Source of the DNA: Lytechinus pictus | Lineage: Eukaryota | Length of the DNA stretch: 64,000 nucleotides | Reading direction: 5' to 3' | Assembly (NCBI RefSeq): GCF_037042905.1 | Contig: NC_087251.1 | Span: 30,568,001 to 30,632,000 of the forward strand | Part shown: positions 49,981 to 62,890 of the stretch, piece after piece | Layout of the letters: each line of letters starts with the position of its first letter | How positions within the stretch are numbered: position 1 is the stretch's first letter | Made by a program: the position numbers and the translations under genes | Notes under the pieces: generated by a model | What the model saw: only the letters and a program-made list of their open reading frames with translations | What the model was told of the DNA's origin: nothing | Database searches by the model: none

Positions 49981-51284
49981 TCTGCTCTGGGATATATTTT
50001 TTAGCATTAAAGAGCATACATGTGGGGAGGTATCCTTTATTTGTCCAGGTAATGCAAACCACTTCCCTGTGATGTGTTTGCTAATCCTCAAATAAATCCT
50101 CTATCCATTGCATTGCTTATGATGATGTCCAAAGCATACATATACTCCTTGATTCCTTGTTTCATTTTATAGATTTATGTCACTCTCCATTCTTTTACAT
50201 CACATCTTTGTGTCTGGAAACGGCATATCCTGTATATTTCGCCTGGATTCTAGAAAAGTTGGTAAAAGAGAGAAAGAGAGAATCGATTGTAGTGATATGT
50301 TTATTATCCCTTCTATTTTTTTTTATAGCACATTTAGCATTTGACCATGATCTTACAGTATCAAAAGAAATATTTAGATTTGAGACATTTCATATTTTAA
50401 TTTGAAAAAAATTCATTGTTGTTTCGATGAAGATAAACTTCTTTGATAATTCTCCCAGAACTGTACTGTACATCAAATGTAAATTTCAAAAAGTGTGAGA
50501 GGAGAAAGTATTCTCGCCAGGTGAAGAGCATGTTTATATTCACTTTACCCAAAATATCGAGAGCAATATTTTGACAGCTTAGAGAATTTGAGTAATGCCT
50601 TGCTTTCCAAGACACTTAATGACTCAAACTTGTATGGGATAGAAGCTCTTCTGTTTACTTTCCCAGACCTCGTTAGTAAGCACCTCGATGGGTTTAATAG
50701 CGTGCTTCTACGTGCCAGGTTTGTTAGGACATCGCATACCTATTTGTGTAACAATATTTTGGGAGGCTTTTTTAGAAGCAACTTTTGTGCAAAAAAGAAA
50801 ATATGCCAAGATTTGTTTTGGAAGAAAGTTTGATTATTTTTTTTCTTCAATATGAAAGCTACTGACATCAGAGTTCTTAATGCTATTTTGGGTACTTTGT
50901 TTTAAAATTTTAAAGACAGGAATGTGCAACTGAAGCATCCAAATACATACTCATTTTCAGGGTCATTTTGGTGAGAAAGTGTACAGATTTGATTATTTTT
51001 TTTCCATCAAATGCATCAGATGTCTGTATTATTGATTTGAAAAATTAAAAAACCATTCCATTTTTAGCAATTTTATACATCAACCCTTCCTTATCCCATG
51101 TAAGAAAAATGTTTTCTGTAAAAAAGTTTCCTATAAGAGTGGCACATCGCTATATTCCTTATGATCAAAGTACATTCCCACTCCCTCTTGTTTTAGACAT
51201 GTAATATTATTAAATTTAGGGATTTTAAGGCATTCCTAATATAGCTGAAGTATGTGCAAGATGTTCGGTCAATCAAAACGTTAA

Positions 51285-51869
51285 AGGGGAATGAAACCTT
51301 TGGAATAAGTAGGCTTGTGTCGAAACAGAAAAAATCAAAGAAACAGATCAACGAAAGTTTGAGAAAAATTGGACAAACAATGAGAAAGTTATGAGCATTT
51401 GAATATTGCAATCACTAATGCTATAGAGATCCTCCTATTAGCAATGCGACAAGGATGTGTGATGTCACATGTGAACAACTTTCCCTTTGATGGACTGTAA
51501 AATACCCCCAAAATGTATCTTTTTGCTTTTTCTTATGGTGATACAAACTCTTTATCCATGATGCATTCTTTAAAATCTCTAGTACATGCCCTCCTATAGA
51601 AAGAATACATGATTTACTGATAGACGTGATAAAAGAGGCAATTTCAGTGAAATATATACTAAACTAATGGGGAGAGTTGTTCACAAGTGACATCACACAT
51701 CTTTGTCGCATTGCCAATATGAGGATCTCCATAGCATTAGTGATCACAATAATCAAATGCTCATAACCTTTTCATTGTTTGTCCGATTTTTCTCAAACTT
51801 TCATTGATCTGTTTCTTTGATTTTTCTGTTTTCACACAAGCTATCTTGTTCCAAAGGATTCATTCTCCT
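51285..51869. mobile_element. TTAA-flanked MITE (Kolobok-like) with long TIRs of about 200 bp
   Basis: TTAA|AGGGGAATGAAACCTTTGGAA ... TTCCAAAGGATTCATTCTCCT|TTAA. Confidence 0.85.
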
Positions 51870-54004
51870 TTAAGAAATTTGATGGTATGATCATTCACTA
51901 AGCTTTGTTTTACTGAACTCTAGAGTAGAATACAAGCAAGGTGTGTAGGGGGTCATTTCAGGATTATTGAAAATGCCAATCAAGGAATTAATAATTAACA
52001 AAGATAGAATAATTAGACAGTACTTCTATGTAGTCCCATCAGTAATTAAGGCATGTTGACAGTAAATTTACTTAGAAGATCGCCTCATGCTTGTATTTTT
52101 AGCAGGTCTTAATGCAATCACATACAGATTATCGAGACCGGTGTCCTCTTGTCCTCCTTGGTGTGGTCAGGAATTTGCCACTTCCCTGGTGTGGTGTTCA
52201 TGTCACAAGTAATTTTTTATGCTTTTTGTCCCCCTGCATAGTAGAGCAAGACTATAGGCACCGCTTTTCCAACGACAGCAGCGTCAAAATTGAAATCTTA
52301 ACTAAGATTAAGTTTTTTAAAAGCCATAACTTAATTATAAGATTAATTATGTATTTTTTTTGTCAATTGACTGAAACTGAAAATGAAATGAAAATAAAGA
52401 AAGAGGAGTGAAATTTTGAGGCAAAGGGGGGGGGGGTGTATGTTCTCTTGAAACAGTAATTGACCACCATGTTAGCCTTTCCCATCTATTAAAGTGTCCA
52501 CCATTGAATCTTATTCTCAGTCAACCAGCCATGCCTGGTTGCAAATCAATTTAGCCTTACTGATTATCAGCTAATTACTCTATTGACACACCTTGCATTG
52601 GGAATTAGGATGTTTGTAAAAAAAAATACAGATATTTGCATAACATATTAGTGTTATCCTGCAAAGAGTGCTACCTGATCCTTACAAGTGTGCAAACACA
52701 TTATAACACGTGTTACTTGTAGCAGTTTAAGAATATGAGTGTTCATTTGTTTTCTTGAGCTACAGTTTCAGATGAATGTCATACTCGTAAGATCCTTGTA
52801 AATCAAAAATGTTTCCTTTTAAGTTCTATTTCATTTTTTTGTAAATAACATTGGCGAATTTCTTGAATTGTTCTACCAACCTCCAACTGTGGGGATATGG
52901 GTCCAGATTAAAAAGAAATAATGAAAGCTTTTTGAGCCAGTTTGCATTGGTCAAATTCTGTTGTGCAATACTAAATAGTGGCATAAGATTTTTTTATAGT
53001 TTTGGTGAGAGTCCCTGAAGTACTAACTGATTTTGATTATTATCACTCCACAGGGGTGGAAGAGTTAAACTTTAAAGCTTTTTCTTTTCCCTTTTCAGGG
53101 ATTGTCTTCAGCTGTTGGTGAATTACCCCTGTACTAAAGGGGCTTTGCAATTCCATCCCATTTTGTCTCTCTTTATTTGTGTTCACTCCCTAACATTAGT
53201 ATATATATTTTTTGCTATGCCAAAAAAAATTGACTATTATATCACACCTTTAAATACTACATCTAGCTGTATTTCTTTTACTACGTCGTCGTACTACATG
53301 TGCATGTAGATCCCTGTCAATAGACTCCAATTTTCTTATAGGATACCACTAGGATTAAGAAGATAGTAGAGTAAGACATTATCTTATTTTCTATTTGTTT
53401 ATATTAGATGCAGGATAGATATAAATTTGATTCTAGTGACCTAGTATTCTTTGACTTTCAGTAAAACCCAAATTAAAATCTAAATTATACAGAAATGCTG
53501 ATCATATAAATGGGCCCTATCACTTCAGCTGAAAGAAATGCTTTAAACTTGTAATGAAATGTACAGTAATATTCCAAAGGTATTATTTTCCATATTTCAA
53601 AATTATACATCTTTTCTCTGCATGTTTATGTCTTGGTAAGAATTCTTGATAGGTTACAAAATAATGTTTACATGGCTTATTTTGTCATTGTTAAAGAAAT
53701 GATGGGGGTACTAGTAGAAAAATGTTAGATACTTGATTTTTATTCCATTTTTAAATAAGAACAAGATTCCTTTTGATTATTAAAAAAAAAAACCTGCAAT
53801 ATCTACATAGTGATATAGGTAATCTGGGAGAGGTTTCTGAAATCAGCCTTCACATTTCACCCAGTTTACAGTCCCTATCACAACACTTGCCCCAATTCCA
53901 AGAAAGAGTATTCCCCTCTCTATCTCTCTCATTTTCAGTCTCTTTTCATGCTCTCACTCAGTTTGATTTTAGAGAATTCTGCTTTTCTCTATTTTCTTCC
54001 TTCA

Positions 54005-54285
54005 CCTCATCAGATCTTCGGGAACCGCGTTGTTGACAACACGTAGAGTCAAATGCTCATTTGGTGAAAAAGCTTCCGCTAATGGTGCTCCCACTTTGTG
54101 GAATGCACTCTCTTTGACATTATGCAATGACAAGTCTATAGAGTCATTCAAAGCCAACATTAAGACATATCTATTCTCATCATATTTCAAATAACACCCC
54201 CCTTTCTGTGTAATAATTCCCTCTGCGCCTCTGAATAGGAAACTAGATAGAAGGCACACTCTAAATGCTATATATTATCATTATA
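54005..54285 (+). mobile_element. Decayed 3' end of an L2-type LINE
   Basis: Encodes FGEKASANGAPTLWNAL..ESFKANIKTYLF, followed by GCGCCTCTGAA..TAAATG(TAT)n tail. Confidence 0.7.
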
Positions 54286-55701
54286 ATTAAGAGTAGTTTC
54301 ACTTGTAATCTTTGATCTCTTTTCATTCCTAGTTTTAATTTGCTGGCCTTTGTACACATTTGTTTTAAATACAAAAGAGAATTGAATTTCATCCGGCATC
54401 TGGATCCCTTTTTTTATGCACCCTCATGCTTCGTAAATCAACTATACTTTTATTGACGCTACTAAACTTTCACAATCTTTCAGCAGCTCTTTATATATAG
54501 CTTCACAAGCCAGACATTTAATCCCGTAATAAATGTCATTTAGATGTTTATGAACTATGAGACGAAAGAGATCTCAAAGCTCCTTCAGGCAGAACACAAG
54601 AATAACTCCACAAATCTTATTTTAAATAAACCATCTGTCATCTTAAGATTATGAGATTCACATTGAGTCAGTAGTACAGAATATTGTTAGGCAATACACT
54701 CTTGGTTATATTTGAAAGACAAACTGGCAAGCTATTATCTCTTTTTTTTTCTTCAGAATACAAATCTTAGCAAAATTTCAAATAGTTTACCTGCTGAACT
54801 TATTCATTAGCATTATAAAAAGAAGGGAAAACCTAAAAAGGCTTTCCCTTAAAAATATGCATTTATATACATGTATATATATTTCATTGATTACTTTTCA
54901 ATAAAATTATTGCCCCTTTCAGATCAGGATGTGCTTCTCATTCTTTTTCAAACTTGAAAGAAATTAGGTTCAATTATACGATTGATATTGGACTATCATT
55001 TATCATTCCTCTCTTGAAAAAAATATAGTAACAATTTCTTTCATCCATGAATTCTTTGTGAAAATTTCAATTCTATTATTGATAATATTTAGCACCCCCT
55101 TTCTTGGTATTTTTTAAATTTTCTTAATAGCCATTCAAAAACTTATCTTAGGCATTTAGTGATATTACATATTAGGAAGCTACAAACAATGAGTATATCA
55201 CAAAATTGTCAGCTCAAGCATTAGATGGTTGGTGTTACGCCATCCTCCCCCCCCCCCCCCCAAAAAAAGGAGAATTATAATGACTTATAAATTTTTGTTT
55301 GGGTCCTGACCTTTGGGCCATTTAAACATTTTAATTATAAAGTGTACCCATAAATATAAGATTTTACGTCATGTCTTTCAAACGGCTTGTGTTTTATGAT
55401 ATACCCTAAAGTTTTATCTGACATTTAATTCGAACTTTGAAGACTGAATAATCTTTAGATAAATTTGAAAATATATATGTTTGGAGATTAGGTCCATGTA
55501 TGACTTTAGTTTGTAGTGATCCATTAAAAGAGAATTCGATTTTTGATTGATATGTGAGATGATTCCTTATGGAAGGCAAATTAAATTGAAAATGAACAGT
55601 TACACAGACAGTGCTCAGACTGACAGATTTCGTAATCTAAATTTACACTTGTCATTCAGGAATCAGAACAGGGAGATTACTGTTTTACATCAAGAGTGAT
55701 A

Positions 55702-56920
55702 TTAGTCCAGGATAGAAGAGGCATAACCTTGTTTTTTCATATATACAATATTTTTTGATGGTTTCTTGTCAATACGAGGGTGCTGATTATGAATCTGAAT
55801 GATGCCACTCGTGTAACCTTGAGCATTTTCCACAAATTGGCAATATCCAATATGGCCGCCAAAATATGCAAATTACCCATAGAAATCATAAAATTGCCAG
55901 CAAATTGGCTATAAAATGCATGAAATTGTGTGGCAGGAGTGAATAACTCTAAAAAACATAGTTTTTGACAAAATATTTATTTTCTTGATATTCAAAATGG
56001 CCGGCATAGGCCCCTGTATACTCTATTAATTACAATATGAATAGGGAAAACTAATTTTCACAAAAATGATCACAAAACTGCAAGAAATTGTGATCTATGA
56101 ACAAAGTACTGTATGCAAATTATCATTACTAACGAGATATATCATTTATTATGTCATGTATGGGAACATTGCTGTATTTCGATATTTAAAAACGCCGCCA
56201 CTGGCCCAAACAGTACAATGGCCATTGGGGCCAAAAAAATCACAAGAGTGAGCACTAAAATGCATATTATTAAGATAAAGAGTGGAATAATATATTTCGT
56301 TAACAATTATGATTTTAGTCAGTATTCCACTCTTTTATCTTAATAATATGCATTTTAGTGCTCACTCTTGTGAATTTTTTGGCCCCCATTGCCTTTGTAC
56401 ATTATACAATTTGGGCCAGTGGCGGCTATTTTAAAAATTAAAATACAGCAATTTTCCCATACATGACATAATAAATGATATATCTGGTGATTTGCATACA
56501 GTACTTTGTTCATAATATCACGATTTCTTGCAGTTTAGTGCTCATTTTTGTGAAAATTATTTTCCCTATTCATGTTGTACATAATAGAGTATACAGGGGC
56601 CTATGGCGGCCATTTTGAATATCAAGAAAATAAATATTTTGTCAAAAATTATTTTTTCAGAGATTATTTCACTCCTGCCACACAATTTCATGCATTTTGT
56701 AGCCAATGTGCTGGCAATTTTATGATTTTCACGGGTAATTTGCATATTATGGCCGCCATATTGGATTTTGCCAATTTGCGGAAAACGCTCAAGGTTACAC
56801 GAGTGGCATCATTCAGATTCGTAATCAGCACCCTCGAATTGACAAGAAACCATCAAAAAATATTGTATATATGAAAAAACAAGGTTTAGTCAATTTTCTA
56901 CGTGGCCTATCCTGGACTAA
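55702..56920. mobile_element. 1.2-kb foldback element (arms of about 590 bp, 33-bp spacer)
   Basis: TTAGTCCAGGATAG ... CTATCCTGGACTAA; arms are complementary almost to the centre at about 56290-56322. Confidence 0.9.
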
Positions 56921-57092
56921 ATTTACCCTATCTTACCCTATAAACTCACTTGAATCTCTTTAACTCACTTTTTTTATTTCTAAAATTCTTTCTAACAAAC
57001 TTTCAAACTTTTGTTTTATCTATTTAGGTTTTTTAAAATCATTATCATATCAAGTAAAAAAAATATGAGCAGCGTGACCTTACATTATTGTT

Positions 57093-58238
57093 CAGGGATG
57101 CCACTTTTCCGTATTTATACGGAATTCCGGCTTTTTCCCTGCTATCTGTCTTATTTCCGTATTTCCGACTTTTCCTGTTTTCTGTGTATTAAAAAACCGG
57201 AAAGTCCTCCTTTTTTCCCCTCTCTCATGCATGTCGATCGACCGAGTGAGAAATATTTTCCCTAGATATTATTATAAACCCGCGCACTACCCACTACGTT
57301 CAATGAGTTATGCTTTATCGAGGCTTTCCGATTAGAATAAATCCTGGCCAATCAATGTGAGCGACAAGTTCCGAACGCACGCACATAGACAAGCGCAAAG
57401 CAGCGGCACGAATCGCGGTATAATAGCGACTGTTAGATACGTCTGTAAAGATGATGACGTCATCCAAGATGGCAACTTACGATGACCAATGAAGGAATCG
57501 AGGATGACTAAGTTTTGATCATCATTTGAAAGGAATTAGCGGTAACTGCGGTCTAAGGTACGATGTTTCTGAATTTTATATATTTTCTTGTAAGTTTGGA
57601 TGTAATTATTTTTTTATAATGTGACATTTTATGTACCAAAAAACGATCCGAAAATGGGGTTTCCGCCGAATGTTAGATCTAACGTTACTGCTGCATGCTG
57701 ATACGGAACCCAGGGAGCTCCGGCCCGGGAAGCGGGCCGGAGATCCTTGGGTAACGTGTCAGCTAGCCCAAGGAGCTCCGGCCCGCTTTGCAGGCCGGAG
57801 CTCCCTGGGTTAGCTGATACGTTGTCTTTATGTACGGGCCAACAACTCTTCAGTCTATGTATTGGTGAGTGGAGCCAACGCGGTTCAGCTGAACAACCAA
57901 AATACAGAGACTGAAGCTTTTGGTCTAGAGTTCTATGAGAAACACACAACTAATTACCCTCAGTTTTTCAAACCTAATTGACTTCAAAGTCATCGATCAC
58001 AACGAGGTAAGAAGCCACTTGGTCCTCCCCCCCCCCCTCCCCTAAATTTGAGGTGGGGGCGGACCCCCCTCCCCCTCCTAATTTTTTTTTTTTTTTTTTT
58101 TTTTTGCTTGTCCAATTTTTTACCTGTGTCCATCCCAAAATTTAAGGTGGACCCCCCCTAAATTTTTTTCTTTCTTGGACACTGTCCCGGCCCGCGATAA
58201 GTTTCAGTATTTTTGGAGGACACCTAGTGGCATCCCTG
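57093..58238. mobile_element. Non-autonomous DNA transposon, TIR CAGGGATGCCACT, 6-bp TSD ATTGTT, with nested elements
   Basis: 13-bp perfect TIR with ATTGTT at 57087-57092 and 58239-58244. Confidence 0.85.
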
Positions 58239-61200
58239 ATTGTTAACGTGTTATATGGGGTAAAAGAATTAAGCCCAGAAAATATATTTCAAACCCAAAG
58301 GATTCATTAGAGAGAAAAATAAAATAGTCCTCTTGCATGGAGCTTGCAATCAAGCATTAACTGAAAAATCAATAGCAACTTGTTTTTAACAAGTCAAGAT
58401 TGTATTTGGTTGATATTCCTTCAGGTTGATTGCAGAAGTTTATTTAGAAGATTCAGTTTCTCTCTAAAACTGCAGTTGTAGACAAAATTTCATACCCTCA
58501 TACGTTTCTCATAATTCATAAAATCTACATTTAAAGCCTTGTATTCTTGGCCCTTCATCTACTAGTATCTGAATATCTTTTTACAAACCAGACATAAAAT
58601 TCACATTTCAAATCAAGTCTAAGAAATTTTACTTCAAAATGATCTTTACTTTGAAATGATATCTTACTTTTTATTCCTTAAGAGGTACTCTTACATATAA
58701 ATTACAAATCAAAGCAAATGTCAATAGATTTCACTTAACATCTTTAAAGGTCACTTTATTATGTACTTAGTCAGAACCTTATTTAATGGATGTCTGACAT
58801 ATCCTGATACGGTACATGCTCAGAATTGATTACATTTTGACTTGTATCCTATTCCCCCTTTTACGAGTGAAGCTGTTAGAGGTATAAAAAGAATCCATTT
58901 TGTTTGGACAAGTAACATATACCTGTCCTTTGTGGCACTGATTAAATTTGCTCGTGCCGAGAGAGGGAGATAAGGCCTCGGGGTAAACATTTTACAAGAT
59001 GTAACCAATTGACAGCCTCGCCACTTTCATTGTCTCTTGCTCTTTTCAGCAGTGGAAACACAAGTTCTTATATATCACTTGTCTTTCCTTAAACATTTTG
59101 AATATGTTGTTCTTCAAATTCGTAGTTCCATCTTTTTCAACACTGAGTTTTATTCATAGCCAGATTTCACAATTTTATGTATTTTGTTCTATTCTGAAAG
59201 AAAATTGTTGTGTCATTTGGAAGGAGAATATTAAGAAATAAAAACATATGGTCGGGTAATGCATCATGCATTGAATGATACTTAGAAAAATTGTATTGAT
59301 AATTGCTAAGATTTGTAAAATATTTTGTATGGACTTACAGAATTTAGAGGGAAATCAAAGTAACCACAAAGGAGAGATTGTTTACTTAAATTGGTTGTGA
59401 TTTGTGCTTTATTAGAGATTATCTTGGTTTTTAAAGACATTGCTATCTACTGATGATGTGAACACAGATGTATAGATAGAAGAGCTTACAACTCATTCAA
59501 CATTCATGTATTATTAGCCCAGTCATTTGAATCAATATGGTATCCCATTGGGATTAATTCTTATGAACTTATTACCCCTTTGACATTGGAGAGTGAGTCC
59601 TTGTTTTTTGTTGTAAAGTATAATGATTAGGGGGTTTTCGTCATAATAAGGGGAAACAAAGTTTGATTTCTCCCCTGAACATGTGGAATGACCCTAAATT
59701 TGTGTAACCTAATGTGATTTAATCAAGAGGGTCCGTATCATCAAATCTACAAGTATTGGCATTTTCTGTAATTCATGTAATAAAATGCAATTACGGAAGA
59801 CATAATGAAATTGTGACATCACCAGCTTTCAATACATACCATCCTTTTGGGCATGAACATGTATTTTTTTGAAAATATGTTGAATTTTTAAATTTAAAAA
59901 CTTGACATTACATCCAATTTTGATGAAATTGTTCTTGTTAAACTTGTTTGTTTGCTTTTTTTCTTCTCCTTTTTTTTAATCCAAATAATCCTCTCCTTCT
60001 TTGAGGGGGGATGGTCTACCTCTTTAGTTTTTTACCTTTTTATCAACTTGATATTACAGTTGACTTGTGTTTTCATATAGACTGTTGCCTTTCTTTAGGA
60101 ACCTTATTTCCTGATTGATTAGTGATGAGATGACTAGGGGTCAAGGAACCATCATAGTAGGTTATCAGACTCTCGAGATCGATCGTACTCCATAAAATTC
60201 TTTCCCCCATAGGATATGATTTAGGATGATAGAGGAACTTTGTTAGTCATTTTCACAATGATTTACAGCATGCAGAGAGAAATATGACTGTAGAGGGATC
60301 ATTTTGATTTCTAGCAATTCTTCAATGCTTTTGAGTTTCCCCGCTCTTTGGAAATAATCAAGGAAATCATCTACATGTAATTATTAATGAGGTGATCAGC
60401 TCCTTGATTGATTTGAGGCCATTTTCAGCAGCAGCAGGAAATGGAAAGTGTTTGTAATGCCTGTTGTTTAGGTTTAAGATTATTATTTTTTTTATACAAG
60501 TTATGACTTTTAAATTGAAACAAACATGTATCACTATGTCATTCTTGAGATGTGTGTATATGTGTGTGGGCGTGTGTGTGCATAGACAGAAGAAGGAATA
60601 CATTGTATTTTTTTACCTCAGGAATTGGATTCTACCTTCCCCTCTCCGACAGTCTGACAATAAGGGCCGACCATTTAGACACCACTCCAGAAATGTAGAT
60701 CAACCCATTTCCTCCACACCTCGCAATCACATATTGCTCATTATGGATTCAGTTTTGTTTGTGGAAATCATAATTAGTCAGCTTAATGATTGTTAGTACT
60801 TTCGATCAGAGGGAATTTAGCCTGATAGTTCACATAAGGTCTATGTAGGCCCATTTTCCATTCTGCTCTTGTAATAAATCTCCCTATATAGGTCTATTAC
60901 ACTCTCAATTCCCTATGGTACAGGGATGAAGTAGCACCTGTTTTAAGGAATTGGTAGATTCATCTTACATGGTGGGTGTTTTTTTTCCAACTAAAACAGT
61001 TCATTGCTCTTTGCATTACCAAGGACACTCAGTCACACAATGAACTTCAAACTAAACCATATGAAATATTTGACCATCTCTATTCAGTCCATGGTTTGAC
61101 TCATCCCCATTCCCCATTTATTCTATTCTTTTCTGTGCATTATTTGTTTGTTTGTTTTTCAATGTAATGTACTACAAAGCCTTGTTTCATTTACAATATG

Positions 61201-62696
61201 AAGGGAATAATGATCAGTTTAGATGATAAATCTCATCATATGTTGAAAATTGTCTCCAAAATTTATCATGCTGTAAGATGAAAGATCATCTAAAGGAATC
61301 AAGCATCCCAATTTTCAAGTTAGTTGGGGGCATCCCTCATTGTATACTAAGTATGACTGGTTAGAACTCTTTATTTATTGAGTCAATATGAAGACCCTTA
61401 CGACTGGTTGACTATCATCTCTTTGAGAGGTTAGACAAACATGAGTACTCTGAATCATATAGGATTAACACCATCCTAACACCATTTAACACCATCTTGA
61501 ACTGTAAATAAAAAGAAACTTTTTAGACTACAGGCTTACAATATTCCTCATTTATAGTTTAGAATACATGACTTCTAACTGCTCATTCTTTTAGAAGAGT
61601 GTTACTAATTAAAAAAAAATTGCTGATCACCCGAAGGTTCTTTCTCACTCTGCTCTATAGTGTTGGAGGGAATGATTTGGTTTTAATACCAAACTTGAGG
61701 AGCATTTTTGGTTAAAAAAGAGTTCTATGTAAAAATCTGCAAGACCCTTTTATGTAGCAGTCTAAAAAATACCAGATACCAGGAAAATTATTTTTTGGGT
61801 GATGTATCAGCTATTTATAATTATGTTAATTTTGGCCGTTATACCTTCAAGATTATATCTTTTTCTTTGTCTTGTTAGTAAGGTCAGAATGAAAACTGCA
61901 TGATTTTGATCACTGGTCAATTCCTTTTTTATTTTATTTTTTCAATCTTGGTATTATGTTTAAAACAACTTCACTTCAGAATTTTCAACACACAGGTAAA
62001 CAAGCCAAATGTTGAATAACTTAAAATCCAGGCCCATTAACACAAATCTTAGCATTTGATGGTAGAACAAATTTATGATTGATTTGCATTGACCACAATG
62101 TACAATCAAACTTGAAAATCAAGTTTATGATCGATTGTAAAGTGTTGTGATTTAGGGACCAGGAGATGAATTTGTTCTAATTCCCACTGGATTGAAGAAG
62201 AATTTCCGACAATTCAAAGGAGGTTGAGAGGTGAAATTGATATCAAGTACAGATTGACCGATGCTCAACTGGTATGGAATTTGATTGATGGTCAGTTTGA
62301 TAAAAGGCAATATGTGTTTTAATGTTAGGGACCTGCAGGTAAAGTTTGGGTTTAAAATCATCATCTCATTCCTACATCTGTGCCTTTCAGTTATAGACAT
62401 CTGAGTTTATATGCTTATTTGTCTAATGTAAAATATATTTTGGTTATCATATTGAATAACCATGTTCAATCTTTATTTAAATTTGTTCGAAAATGAGCAA
62501 AATTCCTCTTAAGAAAAACAGTCTCTAAATGGGAAGTTCATCCTGACATTAAACTCGTAATAAAAACAGAAAAAATGAAACATATTAATAAGGATTTAGT
62601 GCACATTGATTAAAGAATATTTCAGTTTTGGATTTTGTAAATTTTTGATTTGTGATGTCACAGTTTAGCAGCTTCTACATAATTCGTGTGATATGA

Positions 62697-62890
62697 AAAA
62701 AGACGTTAGAAGATGGGAGTTGCTGCTACCCTGTTTGGCGTTCAACGATTAAAGGGATAGAGCCTCGTCGATCTGGCGCTGCACAGCGGCTGCCGGGCCC
62801 ACGATCAATTGGGCAAAGCAAATTTTCTGAGAATTTCATTTCATGTCTATTTCGAACAATAAATTATGGATTTTGGATTTCTGATGGATT
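62697..62890 (+). mobile_element. 5'-truncated SINE with MetaSINE-like core, inside a decayed MITE
   Basis: AAAGACGTTAGAAGATGGGAGTTGCTGCTACCCTGTTTGGCGTTCAAC resembles the Meta domain from memory; tail of TGGATTT repeats. Confidence 0.55.

Noticed and set aside
49981..50091. N-terminal extension of the GPCR in the ORF track (407 aa)
   Set aside because: It begins at a non-ATG codon; the first in-frame ATGs are at 50007 and 49980.
7550..57927. Inverted 79-bp repeats 50 kb apart as TIRs of one giant transposon
   Set aside because: Flanks show no TSD, the right copy is nested inside another element, and the interval holds parts of ordinary host genes; two independent insertions is simpler.
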